Shown: piece after piece, positions 9,801 through 19,119 of the stretch | How the letters are laid out: every line of letters begins with the position of its first letter | Position numbering within the stretch: the stretch's first letter is position 1 | Assembly (NCBI GenBank): GCA_039933875.1 | Contig: JBDTNF010000140.1 | Coordinates: forward strand, 1 to 63,272 | Reading direction: 5' to 3' | From: Flavobacteriales bacterium | GTDB lineage: Bacteria; Bacteroidota; Bacteroidia; Flavobacteriales_F; PHOS-HE28 | Length of the DNA: 63,272 nucleotides | The notes under the pieces: model-generated | Seen by the model: the letters and a program-made list of their open reading frames with translations, nothing else | The model's database searches: none | What the model was told of the DNA's origin: nothing | Program-made: the position numbers and the translations under genes

Positions 9801-12005
9801 TTCCAATGGACGGGGATTACACCGGACCCAGGTCCTGTTGACCTAGCGCCCATGGTGTTCCTTGCGAATGGTGACCATGTAGTATGCGTTGACGCCGTGA
9901 ATGCGCAGTACGGATGCTTGGATACGGCATGCGTCACGGTACCGGTCTTTTCGCCCCAACCGGAATGGGAGGTGGAGGTCACCCTGGACCCCACGTTCTG
10001 CACCTACACCGTCTGCTTCACAGATGTTGCAGTGTGCGATGGATGCACGTACCAGTGGAGCTTCGTTGACGCCTTAACGCAATTACCACTCGGGGGGTGC
10101 CCGACAGGGTCATCCCCGGCTTGTTGCTCTGTTTTCCCGGCAGCGATCGTGAACGCGACTCTTACCGTTACAGCGCCCAATGGGTGCGACTCAGTGTCTG
10201 TGTTCGTCGATGTGCTCGATCTGGGCGATATCCTCAACCCGTGGTCTTGGACGGGCGATACGGTGAACTGCGCACCGTTCTGTGCCACGTTCACTGCGTT
10301 TGACCCGGATCTCCCCGGTCACACCTACAATTGGGCCTTTGATGACCCCTGTGATGGGGCGCCTGCAAATGGCGGCGTTGTGAGTCATTGTTTCACTTGT
10401 GCCGGAGTATTCTGTCCCGTGCTCACCATTACTGATCAGTTCGGCTGTGCGGTTGTGATCCCTTGTGTGGAGCCGATCATCGTCCTGCCCTATGACGTGT
10501 CCGTGAACTACGATCCGCTCATCTGCGAAGAGGACACATCGATCGCCGTATTCAATGGTGCGGCTCCTTTTGGGATAGATGACATCGCGTTCCTTCCAAG
10601 CGGGACCGCCGAGTTCCAGCTACCATGGGAGTTCGCGCTCACCCCTTCTAGTACGACGCAGTACTTCGCAACCGCATCGTACGCCCAGTGCCAGGATGTG
10701 GACACGTTGAATGTGGTGGTGCATCCGCTTCCCGCAGCGAGTTTTGTAGTTGAAGATGGATGTCAGCACGACACACTGCATTATCAGAACACATCGGCTA
10801 TTTCGGGAAGTTTTGGCATGAACTGGGACTGGAGATTCGGTAATGATTCTCTTTCAACACAACTAGACCCCTCGGTCATCTGGTCTGACTGGGGCAGCTT
10901 CACGGACAGCCTGATCGTGACATCCGGTCCCGGATGCGCCGACACGGCAGTGCATAGCATCACGATCCATCCCGCGCCTTTGAACAGCATGAGCTTCAGC
11001 CCCAATTGTTATGAAGAAAGCTCAAGCATTCTGAGCACCTCCGCGATTCCCATGGGAAGCATAGACAGCACATGGTGGGCAATTGAGGATTCGTTCTATA
11101 CCGGGCTTTCAGCCGTTCACCTGTTCTCCGTACCCGGTTTCCATGCCATCGCACTCCATACGATGAGTGACCTGGGATGTGCCACGGAGCTGCTTGGGAC
11201 GATAGAGATCTGGCCCTTGCCTGCAGTGAACTTTGCGTTGAGCGATACAGTAAGCTGTGTGCACGACCTGGTCGAGTTCACGGATGCCAGTACGATCCCT
11301 GAGCCTTACTCCAATGTGGCTTGGGAGTGGTTCATCAACGGTCTGCCCGTCAGCACCGACCAGAACATGGCACTTTCATTCGTCGATCTCGGCAGTTACG
11401 ATGTCGGCCTGGTTGTCATCTCAGGAAATGAGTGTTCCGATACGCTCGCCTCTGTTGGGCAGATCACTATCAATCCACTGCCAGTTGCTGGCTTCTACCC
11501 ACAACTAATGCACACCGGCATCCTGCAGCCCGAGATCCAATTCGTGGACACTTCCTGGGGAGGCGTGCAATGGGCTTATGACCTTGGGGATGGGAATCAT
11601 TCCGCGATGCAGCATCCAATGCACACCTATGCCACCTTCGGCACGTATGTGATCGAGCAAGTCGTGACCAACATTTACGGATGTCTGGATACAGCCTATC
11701 AAGAGGTGCTCATCGATCCCGACCTGCTCATCTATGTCCCCAACGTTTTCACGCCCGATGGTGACGGTGTGAATGATGTGTTCCACCCTTCGTTGGATGG
11801 CTTCGCCGTGCGAGAGTACAACCTGACCATATGGAACAGGTGGGGTGAACTGATCTTCGAAACTGCCGACGAGAAGGTAGGGTGGGATGGGGTCCTCGAT
11901 GGACAGGAGGTGCAGGACGGGGTGTACGTGTGGCAGGTCGAGCTACATGCTTATGACTTTGTTGGCAGAAGAACATTGCGCGGCCATGTGACCGTGTTGC
12001 GGTAA
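6861..12005 (+). CDS. giant PKD-like repeat adhesin with gliding-motility-associated (CHU_C / T9SS type B) C-terminal domain
   Basis: 1735-aa ORF (track start 6798). The ATG at 6861 gives MRGRLQICFFLTLWCSCLSVTIAKGQ (signal peptide). Many Cys-rich Ig/PKD-like modules follow (F.D.S......W.FGDG-type). The C-terminus LIYVPNVFTPDGDGVNDVF...WNRWGELIF...WDG...DGVYVW is the CHU_C signature. Confidence 0.85.
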   Translation: MRGRLQICFFLTLWCSCLSVTIAKGQTISAVPPQGCIPNGNTVQFTLSEVACGTAAWTIQPQSGGPAFMGSACPTYAPPALPEGCYDVSVVYNGSTYTYPTPYCVYLRPTPAFTISQSTVCVGGCILFTDQSVPGSFGATIGQYIWNVGVLPPPPTNEANPQVCYPDPTPTAGIVPTLQVIADNGCAYLGFVSGGPIHVLDDPPAACFTGSLLVCTNDAVVPYNAACSSTSGSTTLASYHWSVIPAAIISDDTGASPTITYPGIGTYQVCLTVTNNIGCVDQSCATVEVFDVPDINVSIAPSPTCAGVPVQFNALVTPAPVSENQITWQVLDGNGTPVLPSSSPGSSPPPFTFPLDGGYQVVCVVTYSSGCVFTDTVPVQVNEPLQASFTVDGETTMCAVPHALSFTSTSIGAETLQWSVMPPIPPPGGTSNSPFNHIFTDFGNYTVTLAVSNSLGCSDSSSLQVNLIEPTIGPFFTLPPSACAGANITTNNFSLNIIPGQVITYHWDFGDPVGNPPVDLLTDAPPIWAYYAASIPPPPNTYPVTLTITTEAGCTASAMTQVTIEPFPVEGFGPVQSHCIGEPASFCATDQNADEYIWQLCPSCPLVTTTTPCVDYVYANVPFGPAPNDVICYDVTLTVVNGIGGGCSVTSTVTNAVCLWGPMADFDLVQTCIDPLEVQFNSTSYAADSLFWEFGDFVDLEGDAVDDAPGIHTPGHTYAEGSYDACLTVSADTSDCPHRYCQTIHIDIPSADLIINNSTGCSPLCVELIPNDPFNILWEVDFGNDTILIAEAWPPNAVYPAYDSWRIEVIVGTDPPVVSYVPYGENFFPDCVWYTAMDTYTITATATNVNGCTSTTAYSDTVEVLTPGNVAAFTSVVVNICPEVVITCTPNFALDVANWTYPSPAWTGIVIADQLHLSGPTGSTTVQVGLQGVQGNCLNSFQADIPIPTVPPLTISAFPATACSGEVVNYIAASPGVWSNFQWTGITPDPGPVDLAPMVFLANGDHVVCVDAVNAQYGCLDTACVTVPVFSPQPEWEVEVTLDPTFCTYTVCFTDVAVCDGCTYQWSFVDALTQLPLGGCPTGSSPACCSVFPAAIVNATLTVTAPNGCDSVSVFVDVLDLGDILNPWSWTGDTVNCAPFCATFTAFDPDLPGHTYNWAFDDPCDGAPANGGVVSHCFTCAGVFCPVLTITDQFGCAVVIPCVEPIIVLPYDVSVNYDPLICEEDTSIAVFNGAAPFGIDDIAFLPSGTAEFQLPWEFALTPSSTTQYFATASYAQCQDVDTLNVVVHPLPAASFVVEDGCQHDTLHYQNTSAISGSFGMNWDWRFGNDSLSTQLDPSVIWSDWGSFTDSLIVTSGPGCADTAVHSITIHPAPLNSMSFSPNCYEESSSILSTSAIPMGSIDSTWWAIEDSFYTGLSAVHLFSVPGFHAIALHTMSDLGCATELLGTIEIWPLPAVNFALSDTVSCVHDLVEFTDASTIPEPYSNVAWEWFINGLPVSTDQNMALSFVDLGSYDVGLVVISGNECSDTLASVGQITINPLPVAGFYPQLMHTGILQPEIQFVDTSWGGVQWAYDLGDGNHSAMQHPMHTYATFGTYVIEQVVTNIYGCLDTAYQEVLIDPDLLIYVPNVFTPDGDGVNDVFHPSLDGFAVREYNLTIWNRWGELIFETADEKVGWDGVLDGQEVQDGVYVWQVELHAYDFVGRRTLRGHVTVLR

Positions 12006-12032
12006 AGTCGAGTCTGCCTTCCGGCTTGGTTC

Positions 12033-14063
12033 ATGATCGGATCAAGGCTAGATTTCCCTCGTCAGATGAAGAATTGCCCGCTCCGATCGATCACGCGACA
12101 GTTCGTAATCGGTTGCGCAGTAGCCATAGCCGGACAGGCCATGTGCCAGTCGGCGCATATCGATTCGCTCAATCGAGACCTAAAAGCGGCCAAGACGGAC
12201 TCGGCACGGATCACACTCATGGCGGAGATCGGGATCGCTTACGCTATGCCGATGCCCGACACTGGTAGGGTCTACTTCCAACGCGCGCTCGATCTCACCG
12301 ACTCGGCCCTTGTTGATGCACCAAAGAACCGGTACTTGCGTTTCGCAAGGGCCAACCTGCTCAACTACATCGCAGCCTATCACATTAACAGGGGTGAGAT
12401 TTCCAAAGGTCTCGTGTTGTTGCGTGAAGCGCTTGTGATCCGCGAAGCGATCGCCGATAGTATGGGAATGGCGCAGAGCTACAATAATCTGGCGATGATC
12501 AATTTCCGTGCGGGAAGGAACCCGCAAGCGGTTGACCTTCTTTACAGGAGCCTGCGTATTTCAACGGCCATCCGCGATTCGAATGCAATGGCATATAATT
12601 ACAATAACATTGGTCAGGTATTGAGCACAGCGAATGAACTTGAGAAGGCCGGGGAGGCCTTTGCAAAGAGTCTCGCCTTGCGCAGATCGATTGGAGAGAA
12701 GAAGGCGTTGCGAGAATCCCTTACCTCCATGGCGCAGTACCGCCGACAAACAGGGCAGCCTGCGGCTGCCCTGGCTCTCTTGCATGAAGCCTTGGAGTTG
12801 GCTGCCGGTTTTGGAGATAGCCTTGGGGTATCCAAGACCTTGGAGGGTCTTGCGATCACGATGGAAGCATTGGACAGTCTGACTCGAGCAATGGCATACA
12901 CGCAAAGAGCGCTTGTTATCAATAAGAAGCTCGGCCTGCAGGAGTTGGCATCGAACAACCTGATGAACATGGCCGGATACGTTCATCGCATGGGCCGATC
13001 CGAAGAAGCGCTGCACCTCGCGCACGAGGGTGTGGCTGTCGCCGAACGCCTCGGCGCGATCAAGAACATGAGGAACGGTTATTCACTCTTGGCAAAGCTG
13101 TACAAGGCAAAGAACGACTTCATCTCCGCCTATCATTACAAAGCAAGATTTGCGCAGGTTAAGGATAGCTTGGCCCGACTTGACAATCAACAGTTCCTTG
13201 TCAAGTCGTCCATGCGTTTCGAGCAAGACCAAGAGTTCTTGATCGATAGCCTTTCGCGAGCAACCGAAACCGCGCGCACCAAGAATGAAAACGGTATCGC
13301 TCGCCTCACAACTGCCAAACGGCAAAATACGTCACGTGCTGTCGCTGGGGCGGGCGCGCTCATGCTCTTGACCGGGGCCACCGCTTTCGCTCTCGACCGC
13401 CGCCGCCGCAAGCACAGCCACGCGCGTAAAGCCGCGCTACTGGAAACGCATGCATGGCGTGCCCAAGTAAACCCGCAGTTCATCCAAACCGCGTTGAACA
13501 ATATCAATGATTATGTGCAAGCCAACGAACGCGACCTCGCCTCGGCCTTCCTCACGCGCTTCGCGCGACTGATGCGTGCGGTGCTGGAGAATGCCCGACA
13601 AGAGGAAGTAACCCTCCAGAGCGACCTGAACGTGCTTCGTGACTACCTGGAGCTGGAGCGCGCGCGCACGAGCAACAGATTCAGCTATACGATCGAAGTC
13701 GATGCAGCAATTGATCCTGAAGATGTCATGGTGCCTCCAATGCTCTTGCAACCTTTCGCAGAGAACGCGATCTGGGCAGGTCTCGCAAAGAAGGTAGGCG
13801 AAGGGCATCTTGTGATCAACATTCGCAAACAGGGCGATGTCTTGACGATGCTCGTGCAGGATGACGGTGGCGCTCGCACACCCGGCATGCCGACCGGCGC
13901 ACCCATCAATGAAGGACCAGGGGGCGAGATGGGCATGGAGATCACCCGATCACGGTTGTCACTTCTTGCGCAGCAACAGCATAAGCCCGCAGGCGTCCGC
14001 ACGGGTGATGCCCCGCAAGGCAGGACGGTAACAATGGAGCTGCCCTTGATGACCGCCGCCTGA
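12033..14063 (+). CDS. TPR-repeat sensor histidine kinase, LytS/YehU type (His_kinase + HATPase)
   Basis: N-terminal signal/anchor, then TPR-like repeats (YNNLAMINFRAG, YNNIGQVLSTA), then a TM segment (AGAGALMLLTGATAFAL). These are followed by AQVNPQFIQTALNNINDYV (PF06580-type phosphoacceptor motif) and an ATPase domain (LLQPFAENAIWAG). Confidence 0.8.
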   Translation: MIGSRLDFPRQMKNCPLRSITRQFVIGCAVAIAGQAMCQSAHIDSLNRDLKAAKTDSARITLMAEIGIAYAMPMPDTGRVYFQRALDLTDSALVDAPKNRYLRFARANLLNYIAAYHINRGEISKGLVLLREALVIREAIADSMGMAQSYNNLAMINFRAGRNPQAVDLLYRSLRISTAIRDSNAMAYNYNNIGQVLSTANELEKAGEAFAKSLALRRSIGEKKALRESLTSMAQYRRQTGQPAAALALLHEALELAAGFGDSLGVSKTLEGLAITMEALDSLTRAMAYTQRALVINKKLGLQELASNNLMNMAGYVHRMGRSEEALHLAHEGVAVAERLGAIKNMRNGYSLLAKLYKAKNDFISAYHYKARFAQVKDSLARLDNQQFLVKSSMRFEQDQEFLIDSLSRATETARTKNENGIARLTTAKRQNTSRAVAGAGALMLLTGATAFALDRRRRKHSHARKAALLETHAWRAQVNPQFIQTALNNINDYVQANERDLASAFLTRFARLMRAVLENARQEEVTLQSDLNVLRDYLELERARTSNRFSYTIEVDAAIDPEDVMVPPMLLQPFAENAIWAGLAKKVGEGHLVINIRKQGDVLTMLVQDDGGARTPGMPTGAPINEGPGGEMGMEITRSRLSLLAQQQHKPAGVRTGDAPQGRTVTMELPLMTAA

Positions 14064-14066
14064 GCA

Positions 14067-16427
14067 ATGATCATCGAGCATAGGACCCGGCGGGCATTGA
14101 TGCTGACCCTGCTCTTCAGCTTGGGTGTGTGCGCAAGCCAGGCGCAGCGGCCCCCAGCGATCGATTCCTTGAAGCGCGTCATCACCGCTGCACAGGCCGA
14201 CACGACGAAGCTCGCGGCGATGTTGGCGCTCAGCGAGTTGATCTACCCGATGGACCCCGACACCAACTTGGTGATCTGCCGCGATGCGTTTCGGCGCATC
14301 GAGTACGCATTGAAAAAGGTGGGTGTCACTCCGAAGGAGCGCAAGGTGTTTCTCGTTCTCAAGGCGAAGACGCTCAACAATATGGCGGCATCGTACTACA
14401 CCTTCGGGCAACTGGACAGTGCCTTGATCTTGTTCCAGCAAGCGGAGAGGATCCATGCAACCAATGGCGAAACGGCCGGTGCCGCTGATGCCATTATCAA
14501 CCAAGGCTTGTTGTACGGGATCATGGGCAAGCATGCCGAACAGCGGCGTTGCTTGTTCAAGGCGTTGGAAGTGTACCAACGCGCAAAGGATCCGTCCAGC
14601 ACCGGTTATGCCTTGAACAACATCGGCAATTACTATGGCGAGCATGGCCTGCCCGATAGTGCGCTGACCTATCTGGACAGCAGCCTACAGACCTTCACCC
14701 GGATTACGGACCAACGCGGCATGGCCAGCAGTCTGCTCAACATCGGGATGAACTACAAGGATCGGGGTAGGACGGCCGAGGCACTCGAACGATTCCTGCG
14801 ATGCGAAAAGATCTTCGAACGGCTTGGGGACAAGACCGGCCTTGCCACTTGTTTGAACAACATCGCGACCATATACAGGGATCAGGGCATTCCATCGGAG
14901 GCATTGGAATACCTGCATCGGGCATTGGACATGAACACAGCCTTGGGCGACCGACTCAGTGCGGCCAACAACCGCATGAACATCGGCAGCTTATTGGATG
15001 ATCATGGCGAACTGGACCTAGCCTTGGAGGAGTTCAACAAGAGCCTGGCTATCTATACCGAGATCGGTGACCGTTCCGGCGAGGCCTTGGTCCATGGCCA
15101 CATCGGCAATGTGTGGAAGAACAAGGGGGACCGGAAGAAGGCCTTGGAGCATTTTCTCATTGGCATGAAGATCAGCCACGAGGTGGAACGTCCGGAAGAG
15201 ATCTCCACCGCCACCTATAAGCTGGGCCATTTCCTTGAAGACATCGGCGAGCTCGACACCGCGCTCGTATACTACAATAAGTGTCTGGCCATCGATGAAC
15301 GCATAAAAGACCGCGAGTCGGAAGCATTCGCGTTGTACAGCATCGCCGCAGTGAAGCTGAAGCAAGGCAAAGCAGTTGAAGCGGAGGACTTCGCTGAGCG
15401 TTCCCTCGCTGTTGCGAGAGAATTGGGCTTCCCCTTGAACATCATGCGAGCCACGCAGGTGCTAAATGAGGCTCTGGCGAAGCAAGGCAAGTGGGGGCGT
15501 GCGCTGGAAATGCTCGAACTGCATGAGCAGATGAAGGACAGTGTGCAGAGTGCGGAGAATGCCAAAAAGACGGTGCGCTTGCAGATGCGCTACACCTTTG
15601 AGAAAGAACAATTGGCGGACAGCCTCGCCCATGTCGCGGAGATGGGTGAACTGGAGAACGAGAAGCGCATCGCAACGCTTGAAGGAGAACAGGCCCGCAA
15701 CCGCACCTGGGCCTTTGGCTTCGTTGGACTGTTACTTCTTGGCGGGGGTGGTGCGGTATACCGTCTCGATAGAAGGCGGCGCCAGGAGAAGTTCGAACGC
15801 GACGCGGCCCGTCTGCAAACGCAGATCCTGCGCACCCAGATGAATCCACACTTCATCTTCAACGCGCTCAACAGCATCAACAACTATGTGCAGACCAGCG
15901 AGCGCGATTTGGCCTCGGGCTTCCTCACCAAGTTCGCACGGTTGATGCGTCTGGTGCTGGAGAACAGCCGCCACACCGAGGTGCCACTGGCCCAGGATCT
16001 CGAAGCCTTGCGGCTCTACATGGACCTGGAGCGTGCGCGGATGAACGAGAAGTTCGATTACACCGTCGACGTAGATCCTACGATCGATCAGGAGATCACC
16101 TTGGTGCCGCCACTGGTGGTGCAGCCCTTCGTGGAGAACGCCATCTGGCACGGCATCTCGCGCAAGGAGGGCAAAGGGCACATCAAACTGTCGGTGTACT
16201 GTGAGGATACGCGGCTGATCATGACCATAGAGGACGATGGCGTGGGGCGTCAACCGGGTTCGACATCGCCGCCCGAAAGCCCTACAAAGACCTCCTTGGG
16301 CACGGCCATCACTCGAGACCGGCTCACCCTCCTAGGCAAGCAACGCGGTGGCGATGCGGGTTTCAGGTTCACCGATCTTGAACAGGGGACAAGGGTGGTG
16401 GTGGAGATACCCGTGTTGGTGGCTTGA
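14067..16427 (+). CDS. TPR-repeat sensor histidine kinase, LytS/YehU type
   Basis: Starts 3 nt after the previous stop. Long TPR array (LNNIGNYY, LLNIGMNY, LNNIATIY, RMNIGSLL), a TM segment, then TQMNPHFIFNALNSINNYV and VVQPFVENAIWHG. Confidence 0.85.
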   Translation: MIIEHRTRRALMLTLLFSLGVCASQAQRPPAIDSLKRVITAAQADTTKLAAMLALSELIYPMDPDTNLVICRDAFRRIEYALKKVGVTPKERKVFLVLKAKTLNNMAASYYTFGQLDSALILFQQAERIHATNGETAGAADAIINQGLLYGIMGKHAEQRRCLFKALEVYQRAKDPSSTGYALNNIGNYYGEHGLPDSALTYLDSSLQTFTRITDQRGMASSLLNIGMNYKDRGRTAEALERFLRCEKIFERLGDKTGLATCLNNIATIYRDQGIPSEALEYLHRALDMNTALGDRLSAANNRMNIGSLLDDHGELDLALEEFNKSLAIYTEIGDRSGEALVHGHIGNVWKNKGDRKKALEHFLIGMKISHEVERPEEISTATYKLGHFLEDIGELDTALVYYNKCLAIDERIKDRESEAFALYSIAAVKLKQGKAVEAEDFAERSLAVARELGFPLNIMRATQVLNEALAKQGKWGRALEMLELHEQMKDSVQSAENAKKTVRLQMRYTFEKEQLADSLAHVAEMGELENEKRIATLEGEQARNRTWAFGFVGLLLLGGGGAVYRLDRRRRQEKFERDAARLQTQILRTQMNPHFIFNALNSINNYVQTSERDLASGFLTKFARLMRLVLENSRHTEVPLAQDLEALRLYMDLERARMNEKFDYTVDVDPTIDQEITLVPPLVVQPFVENAIWHGISRKEGKGHIKLSVYCEDTRLIMTIEDDGVGRQPGSTSPPESPTKTSLGTAITRDRLTLLGKQRGGDAGFRFTDLEQGTRVVVEIPVLVA

Positions 16428-16497
16428 TGCTCGACCGAGGTCCGTGCCGCATGCCGGGATCCGACCTGTCATCTACCTTTCCGTGGACAACGAAGCG

Positions 16498-18417
16498 ATG
16501 AGATTGCATGCCCAGACCGCACGCGTGGTGCTACTCTCTATGCTGCCGTTGTCATTCGTGCCCGGCACACGCGCCCAGACGTCGGTCCATGGTGGCACGT
16601 CAGCTTCCTTGTCTGCGGATACGACTGCAATGACCAAGGTCATTGATGGTGTGCGAGAGTCCATCCTATCGCAACCCGATAGTGCCATTCGGATCCTTCA
16701 GGCCCAATGGTCGAGAACCTCGCCAGCAGCGCGCGAGCTTGTTGGTCTTGACTTCTACCGGACGCGGGCCGAAGCTCGATTCAACAAACAGGACATGGCC
16801 GGTGCCAAACAGGATTGTGATTCAGCGATGCGCTATTGCCGCATCGGTAGACGTGAACTTGATATGGCGTGGGTGAACATGCTCCTGGGTCGGCTGCTCG
16901 CGTGGTCCGGCGACTATGGGCAGGCATCACGGCTCTTGGAAGGGTCATTGGCCGCGTACGAGCGGAATGCGGATTATGCGCATATGATCGAATGCAATGG
17001 CCATTTGGGAAGGGTGCATTTTGATCAGGAACAATGGGCGCTGGCCAGGAGGAGTTGGAAAGCGATGCTTGACCTTGCCCGGCGCATCGGCGACCACAAA
17101 GCGGAGGCTAAGGCGCTTAATGCGGTGGGGCTTGCGGAATTATATCTGGTCGACCCATCTGTCGGTCATGCCTATTATGATTCTGCTTTGGTCGCTGCAC
17201 GGAAGCTCAAGGATGCACGGTTGCTGGCCTCGATACACAATAACATTGGCATCCACATGGATAGCGCACTGTACTTCGCGAAGATCTCCGGTGACCAGGC
17301 TTTGGTGTATTCCATTTTGCATACTACCGGTGTTCTGCTCATGCGCAAAGGCGATCTTGCAAAGGGCTTTGAGTGTTGTGGCCAGGCATTGACCTTTGCG
17401 CGGAAGCAGGGCAACCTCGGTCTTGAGCGTGACGCGTTGCAGTGTTTAAGCGAGGCCTATCGCCTATCCGGTGATTGGAAGCGGGCCTTTCAAAAGATGG
17501 AGGAATGGCAGCACATCAACGGCCAAATGATCTCATCAAGGTCGCGGGACGAAACCTCCATGCTGGCTATTGCGGGTGACATTCGCGCGCGTCAATTTGA
17601 GGATAGCCTGCGCTACACGGTAGAATTGGAGAGGATCGGGAAAGAGAAGGTCATCCAGAGCCTGCGGGCAGACCGCAACCGCAACCGCGTCTTCGCTCTC
17701 GGACTTGGTGCCGTGCTGTTGCTGGGAGGCACCTTGGTCTTCTTCCGCATCGACCGCAAACGACGTCGCGAACGCTTCGAACGCGACGCTGCTCGCCTGC
17801 AAACACAGATACTGCGTACCCAGATGAACCCCCACTTCATCTTCAATGCGCTCAACAGCATCAATAACTACGTACAGACCAGCGACCGCGAATTGGCCTC
17901 CGGCTTTCTCACCAAGTTCGCACGGCTCATGCGGCTGGTACTCGAGAACAGCCGCCACACCGAAGTACCACTTGCCCAGGACCTCGAGGCCATTCGACTT
18001 TATATGGACCTTGAGCGGGCGCGTATGAACGAGAAGTTCGACTACGCCATCGATGTGGATCCTGCGATCGATCAGGAGACCACATTGGTACCGCCCTTGG
18101 TAGTGCAACCCTTCGTGGAGAACGCGATCTGGCATGGCATCTCGCGCAAGGAGGGGAAAGGGCACATAAGACTAACGGTCCGTCGTGAGGATACACGCTT
18201 GGTCTTGACCATAGAGGATGACGGCGTGGGGCGTTCCGCCGCAGCACTCCCGCTACCCCTGGATGCCCCACCGCAGAGTTCTCTAGGCACGGCTATAACA
18301 CGCGACCGTTTGGCGACGCTTGGCAAACAGCAGGGAAGCTCATCAGGATTCCACTTCGTAGACCTTGCCAAAGGCACACGTGTGGAGGTGGTCATGCCTT
18401 TGATGCATGAGAACTAG
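16498..18417 (+). CDS. TPR-repeat sensor histidine kinase, LytS/YehU type
   Basis: The ATG at 16498 gives MRLHAQTARVVLLSMLPLSFVPGTRAQ (signal-like); the track ORF starts at 16348 and overlaps the previous gene. The C-terminal transmitter is nearly identical in protein sequence to that of 14067..16427. Confidence 0.8.
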   Translation: MRLHAQTARVVLLSMLPLSFVPGTRAQTSVHGGTSASLSADTTAMTKVIDGVRESILSQPDSAIRILQAQWSRTSPAARELVGLDFYRTRAEARFNKQDMAGAKQDCDSAMRYCRIGRRELDMAWVNMLLGRLLAWSGDYGQASRLLEGSLAAYERNADYAHMIECNGHLGRVHFDQEQWALARRSWKAMLDLARRIGDHKAEAKALNAVGLAELYLVDPSVGHAYYDSALVAARKLKDARLLASIHNNIGIHMDSALYFAKISGDQALVYSILHTTGVLLMRKGDLAKGFECCGQALTFARKQGNLGLERDALQCLSEAYRLSGDWKRAFQKMEEWQHINGQMISSRSRDETSMLAIAGDIRARQFEDSLRYTVELERIGKEKVIQSLRADRNRNRVFALGLGAVLLLGGTLVFFRIDRKRRRERFERDAARLQTQILRTQMNPHFIFNALNSINNYVQTSDRELASGFLTKFARLMRLVLENSRHTEVPLAQDLEAIRLYMDLERARMNEKFDYAIDVDPAIDQETTLVPPLVVQPFVENAIWHGISRKEGKGHIRLTVRREDTRLVLTIEDDGVGRSAAALPLPLDAPPQSSLGTAITRDRLATLGKQQGSSSGFHFVDLAKGTRVEVVMPLMHEN

Positions 18418-18512
18418 GACTTGCATGAGTTGGCGGGGTCCATCCCCTCAATAGCATCCACCGTCCGCTCATTCGCGCATCGGTCCGCGAATCTTCGCCG
18501 TGACCTTTCGGC

Positions 18513-19058
18513 ATGTTCGAGGCGGTCGATGTTCTCCTGTTCATCCTCGTGCTCTCCCTCGCGGGTGCGCTCTATGCGACCCTTCCATTCCGGACCTGTT
18601 TGCTCGTCTATGGAGAAGTGCTTGGAGTACGACCCTCTCAGGGCGAAGTGACGATCGTGACACAGGTCGCCGGTGGGAGAAGAATGATCACCGAACCGAG
18701 GTCGAACGGCAGGTTCCGCATCGACCTGCCCGTGGGCTGCGCTGCTGAACTACGGTTTCTCCAGGGGGATCGTGTGGCATGGTCTGTCACTATCGAGTAT
18801 AGATCTGATCCGACCCAACGATCCACTCTCCTACGACGAACGATCGACCTTGGCTTGATCGACCTTGAACCCTCGCTCGGCGACCAACGCGAACTATGCA
18901 GCAGAGTGCTTTGCGATCCTTCCGTGACCATTACCGAGACCGGCGATCCTGCTCGTCATGCACCAAATGACCGCCAGATGCTCGATCGGGTCGGCCAGTT
19001 GTTCGATCAGCGATCTGGGCGTGATCAAATAAGATCACCTTCATGGCGCTATGATTGA
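18513..19058 (+). CDS. hypothetical membrane-anchored protein
   Basis: 181-aa ORF with an N-terminal hydrophobic helix (VDVLLFILVLSLAGALYATL). No family recognised, and coding status is inferred only from position and length. Confidence 0.4.
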   Translation: MFEAVDVLLFILVLSLAGALYATLPFRTCLLVYGEVLGVRPSQGEVTIVTQVAGGRRMITEPRSNGRFRIDLPVGCAAELRFLQGDRVAWSVTIEYRSDPTQRSTLLRRTIDLGLIDLEPSLGDQRELCSRVLCDPSVTITETGDPARHAPNDRQMLDRVGQLFDQRSGRDQIRSPSWRYD

Positions 19059-19119
19059 CGCGTGCCATTTCAAGAAGGTCGTCCCACCAGTAGTGATACT
19101 AGGCTGGCCACGCACGTTC

